Source: Balanoglossus misakiensis | Taxonomy: Eukaryota; Animalia; Hemichordata | Length of the DNA: 64,000 nt | Reading direction: 5' to 3' | NCBI GenBank assembly: GCA_040954595.2 | Contig: CM082577.2 | Span: forward strand, 19,690,303 to 19,754,302 | Part shown: positions 52,701 to 63,293 of the stretch, piece after piece | Layout of the letters: each line of letters begins with the position of its first letter | Position numbering within the stretch: the stretch's first letter is position 1 | Notes under the pieces: generated by a model | What the model was told of the DNA's origin: nothing | Databases searched by the model: none | Seen by the model: the letters and a program-made list of their open reading frames with translations, nothing else | Made by a program: the position numbers and the translations under genes

Positions 52701-55700
52701 ATTCTAAAACATTAGTCAAGGAACGCGCTACCTTTTATTCTGAAATTTTGCTTTCAAACACATATTACTATCAGGAAAAACTTCCAGTAAAATAAAGCGA
52801 GTGTTTGTAGTCCTGATCGGCATTTTGAAATCCCATGGAATGTCGGGAAGAAACACCGAAAATTTCAGCTGGACTATGTAGGTTTTGCTGCTTGACAAAC
52901 CCCTTGCGCAGCTAAATTATCTAGATTTCGTCGCTTGATAAATTTTCTTTCCATCTAGTGGATATAGATTCTCTGCTTTGCTAATATTTCTTACCTAGGC
53001 CTGATTTTTGTCTTCATAATGTTTTTAAATGACAGCAACAGCATGCATGAACACCTGTGTATCAACATGAATGTCATTTCAATGCAATTCTCAGTCTTGT
53101 CTGATTTTCTGTGGACTTTTTAACACAGCGGATCCTCAGAGACTGGAGTGCAATCAAGTGTGTGGTGGTAGATGTCGTCACAAATGTGATGAAGATGAAA
53201 TTGAAGCCAATGACAATTGCAAATGTGTTGGCAAAAGCAAATGCTGTATTCGTAAGCATTGATTTTTTTAGGTCCCATTTGGTTTATATGTATGTTTATA
53301 TGTTTATATACCATGGGACCTTATGGGATCAGTTGCGTCTGTCTGTCTGTCTGTATTTATGTCTGTCTGTCTGTCTGTCTGTATGTATGTATGTATGTAT
53401 GTATGTATGTATGTATGTATGTATGTATGTATGTATGTATATGTATGTATGTATATGTATGTATGTATGTATGTGTATGTATGTATGTGTATTTGTATGT
53501 GTATGTGTATGGATGGATGTATGTATGTATGTGTATCAAAAACTTGAAAACCGCTGCGCGTATAACCACAGGGGGCTGCAAACATGAAAGTTATAAATGG
53601 CGAAGTTCTGATCCGCATTTTCCCCAATAAACAGTACTTGCTGAACAGTCTCTGTGCTTGTTATTTTTCTGTGTTACCCCCTCCTGCCTTATCAGTTGCT
53701 AATCCGGAATACAAGCTATCTAATTTCCCATTAAGCACCTGCTAATGACATAATCTGTGTGCCCCATCCACGGATTAAGTGGATAAAGTAAACATCGGTC
53801 AGTTCTCACTTGGTAACCCAGTACTCGGTGACCAATGTTTACTTTATCAATTTAATCCGTAACTGCTCTAATCAGTAAGGCTGCATTCACAAACACCTGT
53901 GGAGGGGGGCGGGGGCGGGAGAATTCAATTTTTTTTACCGCTAATTTTCACATGCCCCCCTTCCGAACTGCCAATATTTTCAAATCCCCCCCTTCCGAAC
54001 TGCCAAAATTTTGAAATCCCCCCCCCATTTTCTTTCACAGAGCAAAACACATCACCTACCTATCTTGTAAAAAGAAAAACAGCGCTCCCATGAAAAGAAT
54101 TTGAAACTGATGTTTCCCCTCATCAGTGGGTATTAAAACTGAACATTGTTTTTATTTTTTAAGTACATATATTTGTATTCTGTGTTGGGAGACATTGTAA
54201 ACCGAGAATTGAAGGGGGTGGGTTTGGGAGGGGGTGTCCTTTCTAAAATACAGAGCTCAAAGCTGCATTTTAATGAACCCGGCAAAAGCAAATTAACTCA
54301 ACTACCGGTATGTTGGGGAGGACAAAGTTAACCGTCGCCGCTCAAAGTTATCATGGGGTGGGGCAAGTCCCCTGACCTGGGACACTAGATAAACCAGTCA
54401 ATGATTGAAAGGTGTTGATGAATGAAGGGGGTGGGTGTGGGAGGGGGTGTCTCCCTCCCACATTAGAAAATTTTGTAAAATAAAGGGCGCGAAACTGCAT
54501 TTTTGTGGACTCAAAATAATTTTTGTCTGTCTGTGTGTCTGTTCCAGGGCTGACTGAAAGAAGTTGCTTGTCATATGTGTTTGTACAGACAATTTTTGGT
54601 CAAAAATAAATTTTTCTAGCACCACTTGTAAGACATGGCCATCTATTGGGCATGTTCCTTGTTAATTTTTTTACATTCCATATTTCTATATGATTAGATC
54701 ATATCTGCTTGCAATGTCACCTGTAATTTTTATTCTGGTTTATCCCTATTTCTGCGTAATCCTCAAATGGGACCACAGTGTCCTTGACGCTATTTTTTTT
54801 ATTCATTCTGTCACTGCACTCATAAAAAGGGTGTATTGTGATTGGCCACTTGGGTGGAAATGTTATGTGTCCATAACATCTGTAGGAGAGAAAATGGTGA
54901 TTACCGGTATATGAATATTTTTAAAATCTGTAACAAAAGTTATTATACCTATTATCTTCCAAAATCTTTATTCACTTATAAATATTTTACATGATTTATG
55001 TTAGGTTGTAGTGGTATTAGGGTAGACTATTCTGAGTAAAAACTGATATATTTGCAATCATATATAGTGATGATTGAACACTCCATGTCATTGATGATGT
55101 CAACAAAATAATCATGATTTAATCAAATGTGTTTGATGTCTGCATGTGATGTAGGCCACCCTGATGTGATGGACTGTAAAAAGAACTATGGAGGCGAATG
55201 CCATGAAGAATGTGGACCTGGTTTAAAAGAAGCTGTTGGACTGAGTCGATGCCACAACAAAACTCTTAAATGCTGTGTCGGTGAGAATATGTCAAGAAAG
55301 ATGTGATTTACTGACTATTCAGTGCTGTATTCATAAATTTGCATGGCTTTTGCATTAAAGATATAGTGTCTCCAAATATGAGATTCGAGTAGTCAATTAC
55401 TCGACTGAAGATCATGAATGCAAATTTTGTTTTAAAATCAGGCCCATATATTTTTAAATACTTTCCATGACAGTGTTGAAGTGATAAAACTGAAACTAAA
55501 TTGTATTGGGCTGATAACTCCAAAAGCAACAAACAATACTAGACTGGTGTGTGCACTGTATTTTTGCCTTTTTGTTTTTCCTTCTGACAGAGAAGTTAAA
55601 AGTCCCCTGATAATGTGATTGCATGCACACAAAGGTATGCTGACATCTATTTAACATGTAACTAACATTTGAATTTATTTTAGATGATCCACATGAACTG

Positions 55701-56794
55701 AAATGTGGAAAACATTGTGGTGGAGAATGCAAATCGTCTTGTGGCAAAGGGTTTCGTAGTACACCTGCAGATTGCAAATGTCCTGATAAAGATGAAGTCT
55801 GTTGTATTGGTAAGTATGGCTATTGAAATGCTATGCCTATAGTTATCCCTTAAAACCATAGCAGCAGATCTGCTGAGAGATACTACACATCTGATTAAAA
55901 GAAGCATCAGACATCCACAATTTACATGCAGATCTGCCAAATAGTCTCCGAGAGGATTTTCCAAAAGCAGTGGAGACAACTGGCACCTTTACACAAGCTT
56001 CAGCTTTAAAACAGCTGGCATGAAAACTACTTCTAAAATTTGAGAACCGAAATACTTTGTGCAGGTTGACTGTGCCACATAAGCCGGAAGATACCAAATT
56101 AGAAGTGATGGCATTTCGCTGAACCAATTGTGAATTGCTATGGATAGTCTCAATTTCTGTGTCCTAAATATCTCACCCCTTATTCCTTCTGCATTACATC
56201 ATCATGTGATTTAAAACTGATCATGCCTGTAAGAGTAGTTTTGTCTTTGTAACTTTCTTTTCAAATTTGTTTATAAAATTAAAAAAACACACCAAAGATT
56301 GAAAAGGAGGCTTGTAGTGATTTTGGCAAAATGTTTAGGGGAAATGTGTTTGGGTATTATCAAAATAAAGTGAAACTGCATTCAACATTATGAAAATGAT
56401 CATGAGCAACAACATAGACGATGTTCTGATGACATTACTGGGGACTCATTAACCTTCATATTTATTTATTTATTTCAAATAAAAATAAATTAGTTGGATG
56501 CAAACCTCTCTCCGCTTGAGCCCAGGCCTTTGTACAGTGCATTAAACATTTGATATGTACAAATGTATATGAAAAACTAGCATCATAATATTTAAAATGT
56601 GTGACATTTCCCCGATTTAAACCTGATTTTGTAACACACCTCTTGTTTCTCTGATTTCTCTAGATCACTTAGAAGAACTAAAAAGGTCAAAATCTAAGAG
56701 AGAAACCACATCAATTCAGAATGCCCCAGTTACCAACCCTCCCACCACAGGATTGCCAACAACACAAGGATATCTGGATGATACTGACTTGTAG
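38900..56794 (+). CDS. Spliced gene model: secreted ~520-aa precursor with ten tandem beta-defensin-like cysteine modules (13 coding exons)
   Basis: join(38900-38983,39695-39779,41191-41322,44411-44536,44966-45088,47132-47257,49058-49192,51375-51497,51926-52048,53129-53251,55155-55280,55684-55809,56664-56794) = 1563 nt, 521 codons including TAG. All introns are GT-AG, phases are compatible (0, then 1 throughout), and there are no internal stops. The fold assignment is inferred from Cys spacing only. Confidence 0.85.
39011..39175. repeat. Compound microsatellite (TTTA)n then (TCTA)/(TCTG)/(TCCG)/(TCCA)n
   Basis: Read directly. Confidence 0.95.
39695..39779 (+). CDS. Coding exon 2: pro-region ECKTSKNTKTYIETQHREKRKVAHHPIT
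   Basis: Acceptor cttttttcccag, donor A|gtacgt. The 85-nt phase 0-to-1 exon bridges the signal exon to the phase-1 module exons and contains R-E-K-R (39743-39754). Confidence 0.7.
41191..41322 (+). CDS. Module 1 (8 Cys): NVSVENFSCEENCGGTCQFRWCYKGEIEAPKRCKCKDALYKCCL
   Basis: cccttctag acceptor, G|gtgagt donor, 132 nt, phase 1-1. Confidence 0.9.
   Translation: MFLLKTFPVRKTVAEHVNLGGVTKEKLKLPKGVSVKMLYTNVV
41911..42964 (+). mobile_element. Intronic DINE/HINE-like element (gtcccattt...aaatgggacc family)
   Basis: 5' gtcccat...atgggacc palindrome, GTCT/GTAT microsatellite, 3' aaatgggatc + gtgtccttgatgc hairpin + T run. Confidence 0.65.
44411..44536 (+). CDS. Module 2 (8 Cys): DDPDELHCNEQCGGLCRTTCKPDEVESTGPCKCNGLQSKCCI
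   Basis: atatgcag acceptor, A|gtaagt donor, 126 nt, phase 1-1; overlaps ORF 44362..44544. Confidence 0.92.
   Translation: MTPMNCTVMNNVEGYAGQHVNPMKLNQQDHANVMVSKVNVV
44966..45088 (+). CDS. Module 3 (8 Cys): KNPTILRCADQCDGSCRKHCKDGEIVASNGCTCKDNHVCCI
   Basis: aaatag acceptor after a T-rich tract, G|gtaagt donor, 123 nt, phase 1-1. Confidence 0.9.
45178..45980. repeat. (ATGT)n microsatellite, ~800 bp, with degenerate core; shorter tract at ~46326-46420
   Basis: Read directly; it generates the MYVC/HTYI ORFs. Confidence 0.98.
47132..47257 (+). CDS. Module 4 (8 Cys): DDPTKLDCSELCGGTCRNSGCEKGEIRATKGCKCAGKFHCCI
   Basis: tatcaag acceptor, T|gtaagt donor, 126 nt, phase 1-1; overlaps ORF 47101..47376. 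Confidence 0.9.
47641..48937 (+). mobile_element. Intronic DINE/HINE-like element, same family
   Basis: ttttttaggtccc...gggacc head; aaatgggaccactgtgtccttgacgcgattttttt tail. Confidence 0.7.
49058..49192 (+). CDS. Module 5 (6 Cys, divergent): SDPYNVRIPCDDSEERVCRHRQCQVEEEKAPHFLVCDGSTDTCCI
   Basis: ttctattag acceptor, G|gtgtgt donor, 135 nt, phase 1-1; has the DP start and CCI end shared with most other modules. Confidence 0.85.
   Translation: MTPTMSEFHVMTAKNVCVAIDSVKWRKRKLRISLYVMAPLIPVV
49541..49927. mobile_element. MITE with ~130-bp perfect TIRs and 9-bp TSD (MULE-like)
   Basis: tagtctagaatctatccgttcg...tgacgtca is mirrored; TSD aatatatgc. Confidence 0.9.
51375..51497 (+). CDS. Module 6 (8 Cys): DQDYEVRCESSCHGKCKTECNYKEIELSSDCKCNKGHVCCI
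   Basis: tctctctacaacag acceptor, G|gtaagt donor, 123 nt, phase 1-1. Confidence 0.9.
51926..52048 (+). CDS. Module 7 (8 Cys): ENPSILECNQACGGTCLTECNEGQIESSHDCKCKKNGKCCI
   Basis: ttctgacag acceptor, G|gtaagc donor, 123 nt, phase 1-1. Confidence 0.9.
53129..53251 (+). CDS. Module 8 (8 Cys): ADPQRLECNQVCGGRCRHKCDEDEIEANDNCKCVGKSKCCI
   Basis: tttttaacacag acceptor, C|gtaagc donor, 123 nt, phase 1-1; overlaps ORF 53071..53262. Confidence 0.92.
53263..54800 (+). mobile_element. Intronic DINE/HINE-like element, same family, with nested Harbinger fragment (~53879-54520)
   Basis: tttttttaggtcccattt...atgggacc head, (GTCT)/(GTAT)n, tail aaatgggaccacagtgtccttgacgctattttt. Confidence 0.7.
55155..55280 (+). 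CDS. Module 9 (6 Cys): RHPDVMDCKKNYGGECHEECGPGLKEAVGLSRCHNKTLKCCV
   Basis: gatgtag acceptor, G|gtgaga donor, 126 nt, phase 1-1. Confidence 0.87.
55684..55809 (+). CDS. Module 10 (8 Cys): DDPHELKCGKHCGGECKSSCGKGFRSTPADCKCPDKDEVCCI
   Basis: tttattttag acceptor, G|gtaagt donor, 126 nt, phase 1-1. Confidence 0.92.
56664..56794 (+). CDS. Terminal coding exon: DHLEELKRSKSKRETTSIQNAPVTNPPTTGLPTTQGYLDDTDL*
   Basis: Strong pyrimidine tract with ctctag acceptor, open in phase 1, two KR sites, Thr/Pro-rich tail, TAG at 56792-56794. Confidence 0.75.
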
Positions 56795-57139
56795 CAAATA
56801 ATTGTGTCTATAAATTTATCCCTATTGTGTCAGATAACTTTGGAAATAGACCAAAACCATGAATCTCCTTCTGTACTCTCATATGCATACTGTATTTGTT
56901 GTACTTTCAAATTTTACACCCAGGGCACTCAATCTGTGGGAATACATTAATACACTGTGTCCAAGGGTCACTGACAGGCTGTGTTTGCCTATTATTGTAA
57001 TACAGGGTCAAAGTTTCGGAGAAAACTTGTTTTGGAACTTCTAAAGCTACATACTTTTTAATGTACCTTACTGTATCTGCCAGTTGGACATAAATACATG
57101 TATTTGGTTTATGTCTACAAGTAGTCAGAAATGGTACTA

Positions 57140-58021
57140 CCGTTAAAGTCATATTTGTAGACGCACACATAATTATAAACGCACCCTCTTTCTGAGCAGG
57201 TGGCAATAACATAAATTCAAAGATTTGGAAAAACAGAAAAGTACATATTTGTGAACGCAACCTGTTTTCAGCGTTGCTCAGGACATGCGCCCTTTCATTC
57301 AGTGCACAAAGACTAAAGGTGATTTTCTTTGCCATTGTCTCAACTGCCCATAATTGCTGGGTCTAAGTCTTTTCCATTGTCTCAGTTGCTGATAATTGCT
57401 CAACTGGTCAACTCAATGTCCATGAAACATGCATGAAATTAACATATGAATACACTTTGACATGTATAGTTGACCTTTCATTAATTATCCTCTAAAATCA
57501 TTTACTCTGATTGGTTGAAGTTTTCAATGGCTGTCACTTTGACATTTGATGCCTTGTCACCCATTGACACATGGCTTCAGTAGTGTTGACCCAGACAGTG
57601 CATCTGATTTTATCAATGGGCATGTAACGTAATTTGCAACAATTGTTTGTAGCTGCTAAGTCTCAGATTACATTATGGGGTGAATATACGGACAAGACAT
57701 GACACTTGAAAATATCAAAAACTCAAACTTTGTATGAATAAAACGATTTTTGAACTGTATGAGGAATAGGCTTCAGAATTTTGAGCAAAATGAAAGAACA
57801 CAAGTCATGCAGCAGGAGTAGAAGTGTATGATTGCATACTGGGAAGTACTTTCTTTATGACCTTATTTTTGGCGATGTCTTCTCCTTAGAACAGAAAAAG
57901 TTTGTTTTGAAACTTGGCATACGGCCATATTATTAGACCACCCCGACTTCACGGACATTGTAGCAATAAAAAACTTGCAACATTGGTAAAAAAACTGCGT
58001 TTACAAATATGACTTTAACGG
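57140..58021. mobile_element. TA-TSD TIR element (Tc1/mariner-pogo type) downstream of the stop codon
   Basis: ta|ccgttaaagtcatatttgtagacgca ... tgcgtttacaaatatgactttaacgg|ta. Confidence 0.75.
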
Positions 58022-59220
58022 TAGGATGCTAAATCCTCAGAGAAGCTTGCTGTTCAGAACCACATTAAAAATATATATTATTTGTGATTGTGAAAGCAAT
58101 TGCATTTAAATCTACCTATCACCCAAACACACACTTAATTCAAGATGGTGGGCTGAGGTCCCAGCTCAAATTCACAAACTGAAGTCATAGGTTGACGTCA
58201 TGGTTTGCTTTGATTGTGATTTACAGTCATGAAGGGAAAGCTTTATGCTAAAGTGATGTTGCCTAGACACAGCCAATCAACACACTGAAATATGCTGAGT
58301 ACATATGAACATAACTTCTAGTACTCACTCAAAATTATGTCATGGAAGTTTCATGCATCTTTGCAAAATACGTTAGGCACAGCTTTTTCAAATCATGACT
58401 TCTCACATCAAATTCAACACAAATATCCAAAATAATTTCAGCTGATGGTGTTCAGTCACTTTTTTAATTCAGCACTGTTTGTTTGTGTAAAGCCCTCAAT
58501 ACCGTACTCGTCCCATCATAAGCCACTAACTAGGGAGGGAAAGGGAAATCTAAAAATTTGTAAGGTATGGGCCTATAATGGAATGTTGTCTGTATCATGA
58601 TACAACAGCTTGGTTTATTTAATATATGCTAATTTATGCAGATAAATTAATGCCAACAGCCAAGTCAGTGGTTTTATTTTCCTTTGCCAGAAGTTAATTT
58701 GATGATCAATGCCAACAAAAGGTGTTTATTTTGCCAAAATATTGGTTTGGTCTTACAGACTGAGACAAGCCAGGTACATGAAATGGCGAAATTACAAACA
58801 CAGTGGAATTTGAAACAATGTAGGAAGTGTTGAATGGGTGGGTCTCTGGGCATAGTGCCCAGCTGAAATGCAAGTGATTGTTTACTACTGAAATAAAGAC
58901 CATTTCTGACCACTCCACATCACATGCACAACAAAAATCGCAACACATATAAGATCTTCTGGTTATTGATCTGGAGAAAATGTAAAACTGAGTAGCACTT
59001 CACGCACAGATTTAAAAATCAACTATCACTGCGTTATATGATTACCAGCATGTCATACTGGTCATATGATTGTCAATTTTATTTTGTAGTCCTTGCTCTG
59101 CAGCAATACGGTATGGGCTTATACATAAATGTAAATTATTTTCATTTTTTTTTTTTTTTTTGGGGGGGTGGGCTTTTAAATGAGCTTCGGGCTATGATGG
59201 GATGGGTACGGTATATGTGT

Positions 59221-59679
59221 CAATCTGATTAAAAATCAGATGTAGAGTTAGGCACTGCGCGCTGTCTTTGGCTGTTCTGTTCTCTGTCTTTGTCTTGGCT
59301 ATTGTATTCTCTGGTTTGGCTGTTCAAGGTGTATGCAGCACACTACATCTGAACCTATGTCATATATTAGAACATCTCGTTTTAGCGAATGGACCCATTC
59401 GACCAATCACAGAGTGGCTTTTCCGACGCTTTAGAACTGGCCACGCGCACGCCATGCGCTGGAAAATCGCTACTATTGTTCAAGTTTGTTTGTTTTTCTA
59501 CACCTCCAGTTTTCTTCTCTAACGACTGCTCTGATTGGCTTGAGAAAGCGTGTGATTTAAACAAGATCTCCTATGGCATAGGTTCAGATTATAATGTGGG
59601 CATCCCTTCCAAACAGAACAGCCAAGAATCAGCAAAGGTAAAGACGGCACCCAACACTTAATCTGATTTAGTCAGATTG
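59221..59679. mobile_element. TIR element related to 29278-30491
   Basis: Ends caatctgatta... / ...tagtcagattg; only a 6-bp flanking match (atgtgt). Confidence 0.6.
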
Positions 59680-60909
59680 ATGTGTAAGTGGGCAGCTTAG
59701 AAGCGACCACTCAATACTGTAATAGCAATGAAAGCCTGTAAGCCGTCTTTAAAAATTTTCAGCTATAGGGGAGCGTATACAAATTCATGTCTAAATAGGC
59801 AGTGAGTTAAATGGTTGGTGTACACAACAAACTTATTATCAATCTCTGATTGCAGCTATAAATTTAAATGTGAATATCAGGTGCCGCACACGTTTATTTA
59901 TAAACTGCCCATTGCAAGAGTATACACTATTGTGACATGCGCACATGGGTATTAAAATCCCTACAAAGTCAAAATGTGTTATTTGTCAACTAAGGATAAG
60001 GAAAGGTTGAAATATCTTATCGATTAAAAATATTAGAAGTGGCAACTACTGTACTTTGCTTTTAATGACAAACATGCATCGTCTATAGTTACAAATTTAT
60101 CATCATACTATGTTTGAACCTCAATGCATTTTACAAATATATTGCGATTTTAAATCTTTGATTCTATTGGTTCAACATCAGTGAATTGCATTCATAAATT
60201 GAATGACGACTACTTCCTTAGAGCAATGAATGCATCAGCCAACTACATGTAATGCAATGCCTTTCATCTTATCTTGTAATATTGGTCACACTGGCTTATG
60301 GGTACAGTGTACTTTGATTGACAGCTTTAATTATTTATTTTCTAGCCTACAAGTATTCAACTCTGTAAATTAATTACTACATGCTACATGTAACTGGACC
60401 TATATGACATGATTCACATTTACATGATAATTATGTGCAACATGTTGCACTGGGATCAATGTAAGGTTTGTATTTTAGACTGTCAGCAGTCACTCATGCC
60501 TTCTTTGTCTAAATTAGCAACGCAGGCACTAGGCAGTGCATAAGCATAGCGCCAGAGGTGCACGCAACCTCTGGTTTGAGTGTCGTGGCACGTGAAACAA
60601 TTGCCAAATGGGCAGTAGCGGCAGTCAACAGTTTACTTGTCTTTGTAACTGGGTTTTTAGCTACACATCAATAGTATTTTAAGCACTACTTTGATGGCTA
60701 TACCTAGACAAGGGTATCCATGTAAATATATGTAAATGTCTAATGTGTAAATGGATTTTAAATTTACTGCATCACTGGCCATTGATGCACAATCTTATAT
60801 ACTTCTGTCAGTTTCTTGTCAACATTCTAATAATCATTTTACACCTCTGGCTTTTCTTTCCTTCATAATCTATTGTTGCTTTACATGCCAGATGGGCCGG
60901 GCTATATTA

Positions 60910-61236
60910 CCAGGTTCACACAGGGAAAAATATGAGACACTATTTGCCTATGGTAAACACAGAGCATTAATCCTTTGAGTCGCGTTGTGTCCACACACAC
61001 ACATAGTTTATGTATGGGCGCTGAGGCTCACTCCCATAGAAATGGGTTGCGGATAGGTGTTAATCCTCACACTGGCTCAGGTCTGGCGGGCAAAGCCGTC
61101 TCAAATCTAAGCCGTTTCAGAACCACTATACACCGTCTACATTTGTGTGTGTGTGGACACAAGCAACTCAAAGGATTAATGCTCTGTGTTTACCATAGGC
61201 AAATAGTGTCTCAAATTTTTTAGTGTGTGAACCTGG
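60910..61236. mobile_element. MITE with ~90-bp imperfect TIRs, TA flanks
   Basis: ccaggttcacac...gagacactatttgcctatggtaaacacagagcattaatcctttgag is mirrored at the right end. Confidence 0.8.
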
Positions 61237-62328
61237 TATGTGTACTGGAGAAGGTTTATTTACAAGTGTTTACCAAAGGTCTGTGATTGTTAGCTTTGTT
61301 TGTTGGGCAGATTATGCAAATAGTACACTGACCGGCAAGCTATCAGGAGTTGTCTGACTTCTTGTGTGTCCAGGAAAACTGCCAATTTTGCTCCTGTACA
61401 AATGTTTTCTTCGAACATGACACATTAGACAATGTTTGAAAATACCAATCTATGAAAGAGATTTCAATTGGAAATCAAGGCACTTTAAGGGTATATTGTT
61501 ACTGAAAATCAGAGGTCTAACCTTCTTTAATGGTCCCATAGAAAAAAATTGGATTTGGACTGGACCATTAGTGGTGAAAGGGTTAATTGTTTATGTATAT
61601 TAAAGGTATATTAAAGGTACAGGCTCACTTTCAATTTACATATGTCCATAAATGACAGAAATGGTGTACCTGAGTTTTCTAAAGAACATATGGGGTGCTC
61701 TTTTTTTTGTGTGTGCCACGCATTGAAAATATGTGATTGACTAGATATCAATTTCTCATGGTAACTGTAGCTAATGGTGATCGATTACTTTCAAGGTTTC
61801 AACTAGTGTTGCTTAGAGGCCAGTAGCATTGAGACTCAACTTACCACTTCTATGTAAAATCTTGCACTTAGTCTGTATTGTTCAATGTGAGAAATAAATA
61901 AATACATGTATGTATGTGAACGTGATGTTTGGTGAAATATATTCAGCACACACTCATTTAGACCCTTACATGTACATGAATATGCAGTAGCCAGTGTGCG
62001 CACTCAATGATTCACCATGCAGTTAATATAGCTCACTTACAAGTAACTTGAAATGCAAAATCATGTGTCTACATTAACAAACACATAAGCACCTGTTGCT
62101 ACTGGTTAGTCTTCAACTTTTGTCTAACAAAAAGCTCATCAAAACAGATTCTTAGGTCCAAACCCAGGGTTTCAATACATGCATGCTGGATACAGTGCTT
62201 TGAAATTCTCATCGCTAGTGGGAACTCTTGGATGCACTCCAGTCATGTTGGCAATGCGACTTTTTAGCACAAACATTGTACCACTTATTCATACTGTAGT
62301 AGTATTCCCTGTAAGTTCGATGAAATAA

Positions 62329-63293
62329 GGCTGCATTCACAAACACCTCTGGAGGGGGGGGGGGGGAGAATTCAATTTTTTTTACCGTTAATTTTCACAT
62401 GCCCCCCTCAACAACCCGAAAAATTTTCAAATCCCCCCCTTCCGAACTGCTAAAATTTTCAAATCCCCCCCCCCTATTTTCTTTCACACAGCAAAACACA
62501 TCACCTATCTATCTTGTAAAAAAGAAAAACAGCGCTCCCATGAAAAGAATTTGAAACTGATGTTTCCCCTTATCAGTGGGTATTAAAACTGAACATTGTT
62601 TCTATTTTTTAAGTATTTTTGTATTCTGTGTTGGGAGACATTGTAAACCGAGAAGTGAAGGGGGTGGGGTTGGGAGGGGGGGGGGGTCGGCAAGTTTGTG
62701 TCATCGGTTTTCAAAATCAGGCCGACCCCCCCCCCCTTCACCCAGGACCAACAAATGATGACCCCCCCTTTGACAGACCCCAAAATGCTAGATTTGGTAA
62801 AACAAGAAAAGTGGCGGGGGTGGGCGTGGGAGGGGGTGTCCCCCTCCCACATAAGAAAATTTTATAAAATACAGAGCTCAAAGCTGCATTTTAATGAACC
62901 CAAAAGCAAATTAACTCAACTACCGGTATGTTGGGGAGGACAAATTTAACCTTTGGCGCTCAAAGTTAGCATGGGGGGGGGGGGGGGGGGGGCAGGTCCC
63001 CTGACCTGGGACACTAGATAAACCAGTCAATGATTTAAAGGTGTTGATGAATGACGGGGGTGGGGGTGGGAGGGGGTGTCCCCCTCCCACATGAGAAAAA
63101 TTTGTATTATGAAGGGTTCAAAACTGCATTTTTGTGGACTCAAAATAAATATTTAGTCCTCAAAGTTTTCAAGTCCCCCCCTTAACAGTCCCTAAATTAT
63201 TTCAAATCCCCCCCTTTCATACCCTCAATTTTTTCAAATCCCCCCCCCCTCAATTCTCCTGCCCCCCCTCCAGAGGTGTTTGTGAATGCAGCC
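62329..63293. mobile_element. PIF/Harbinger-type MITE
   Basis: TIR ggctgcattcacaaacacctctggaggggggg, TAA TSD; shares internal segments with 31492-32599 and 53879-54520. Confidence 0.85.

Noticed and set aside
57737-57742. AATAAA as polyadenylation signal for the cysteine-module gene
   Set aside because: It falls inside a TIR element and the hexamer is common in this AT-rich sequence; it cannot be assigned without transcripts.
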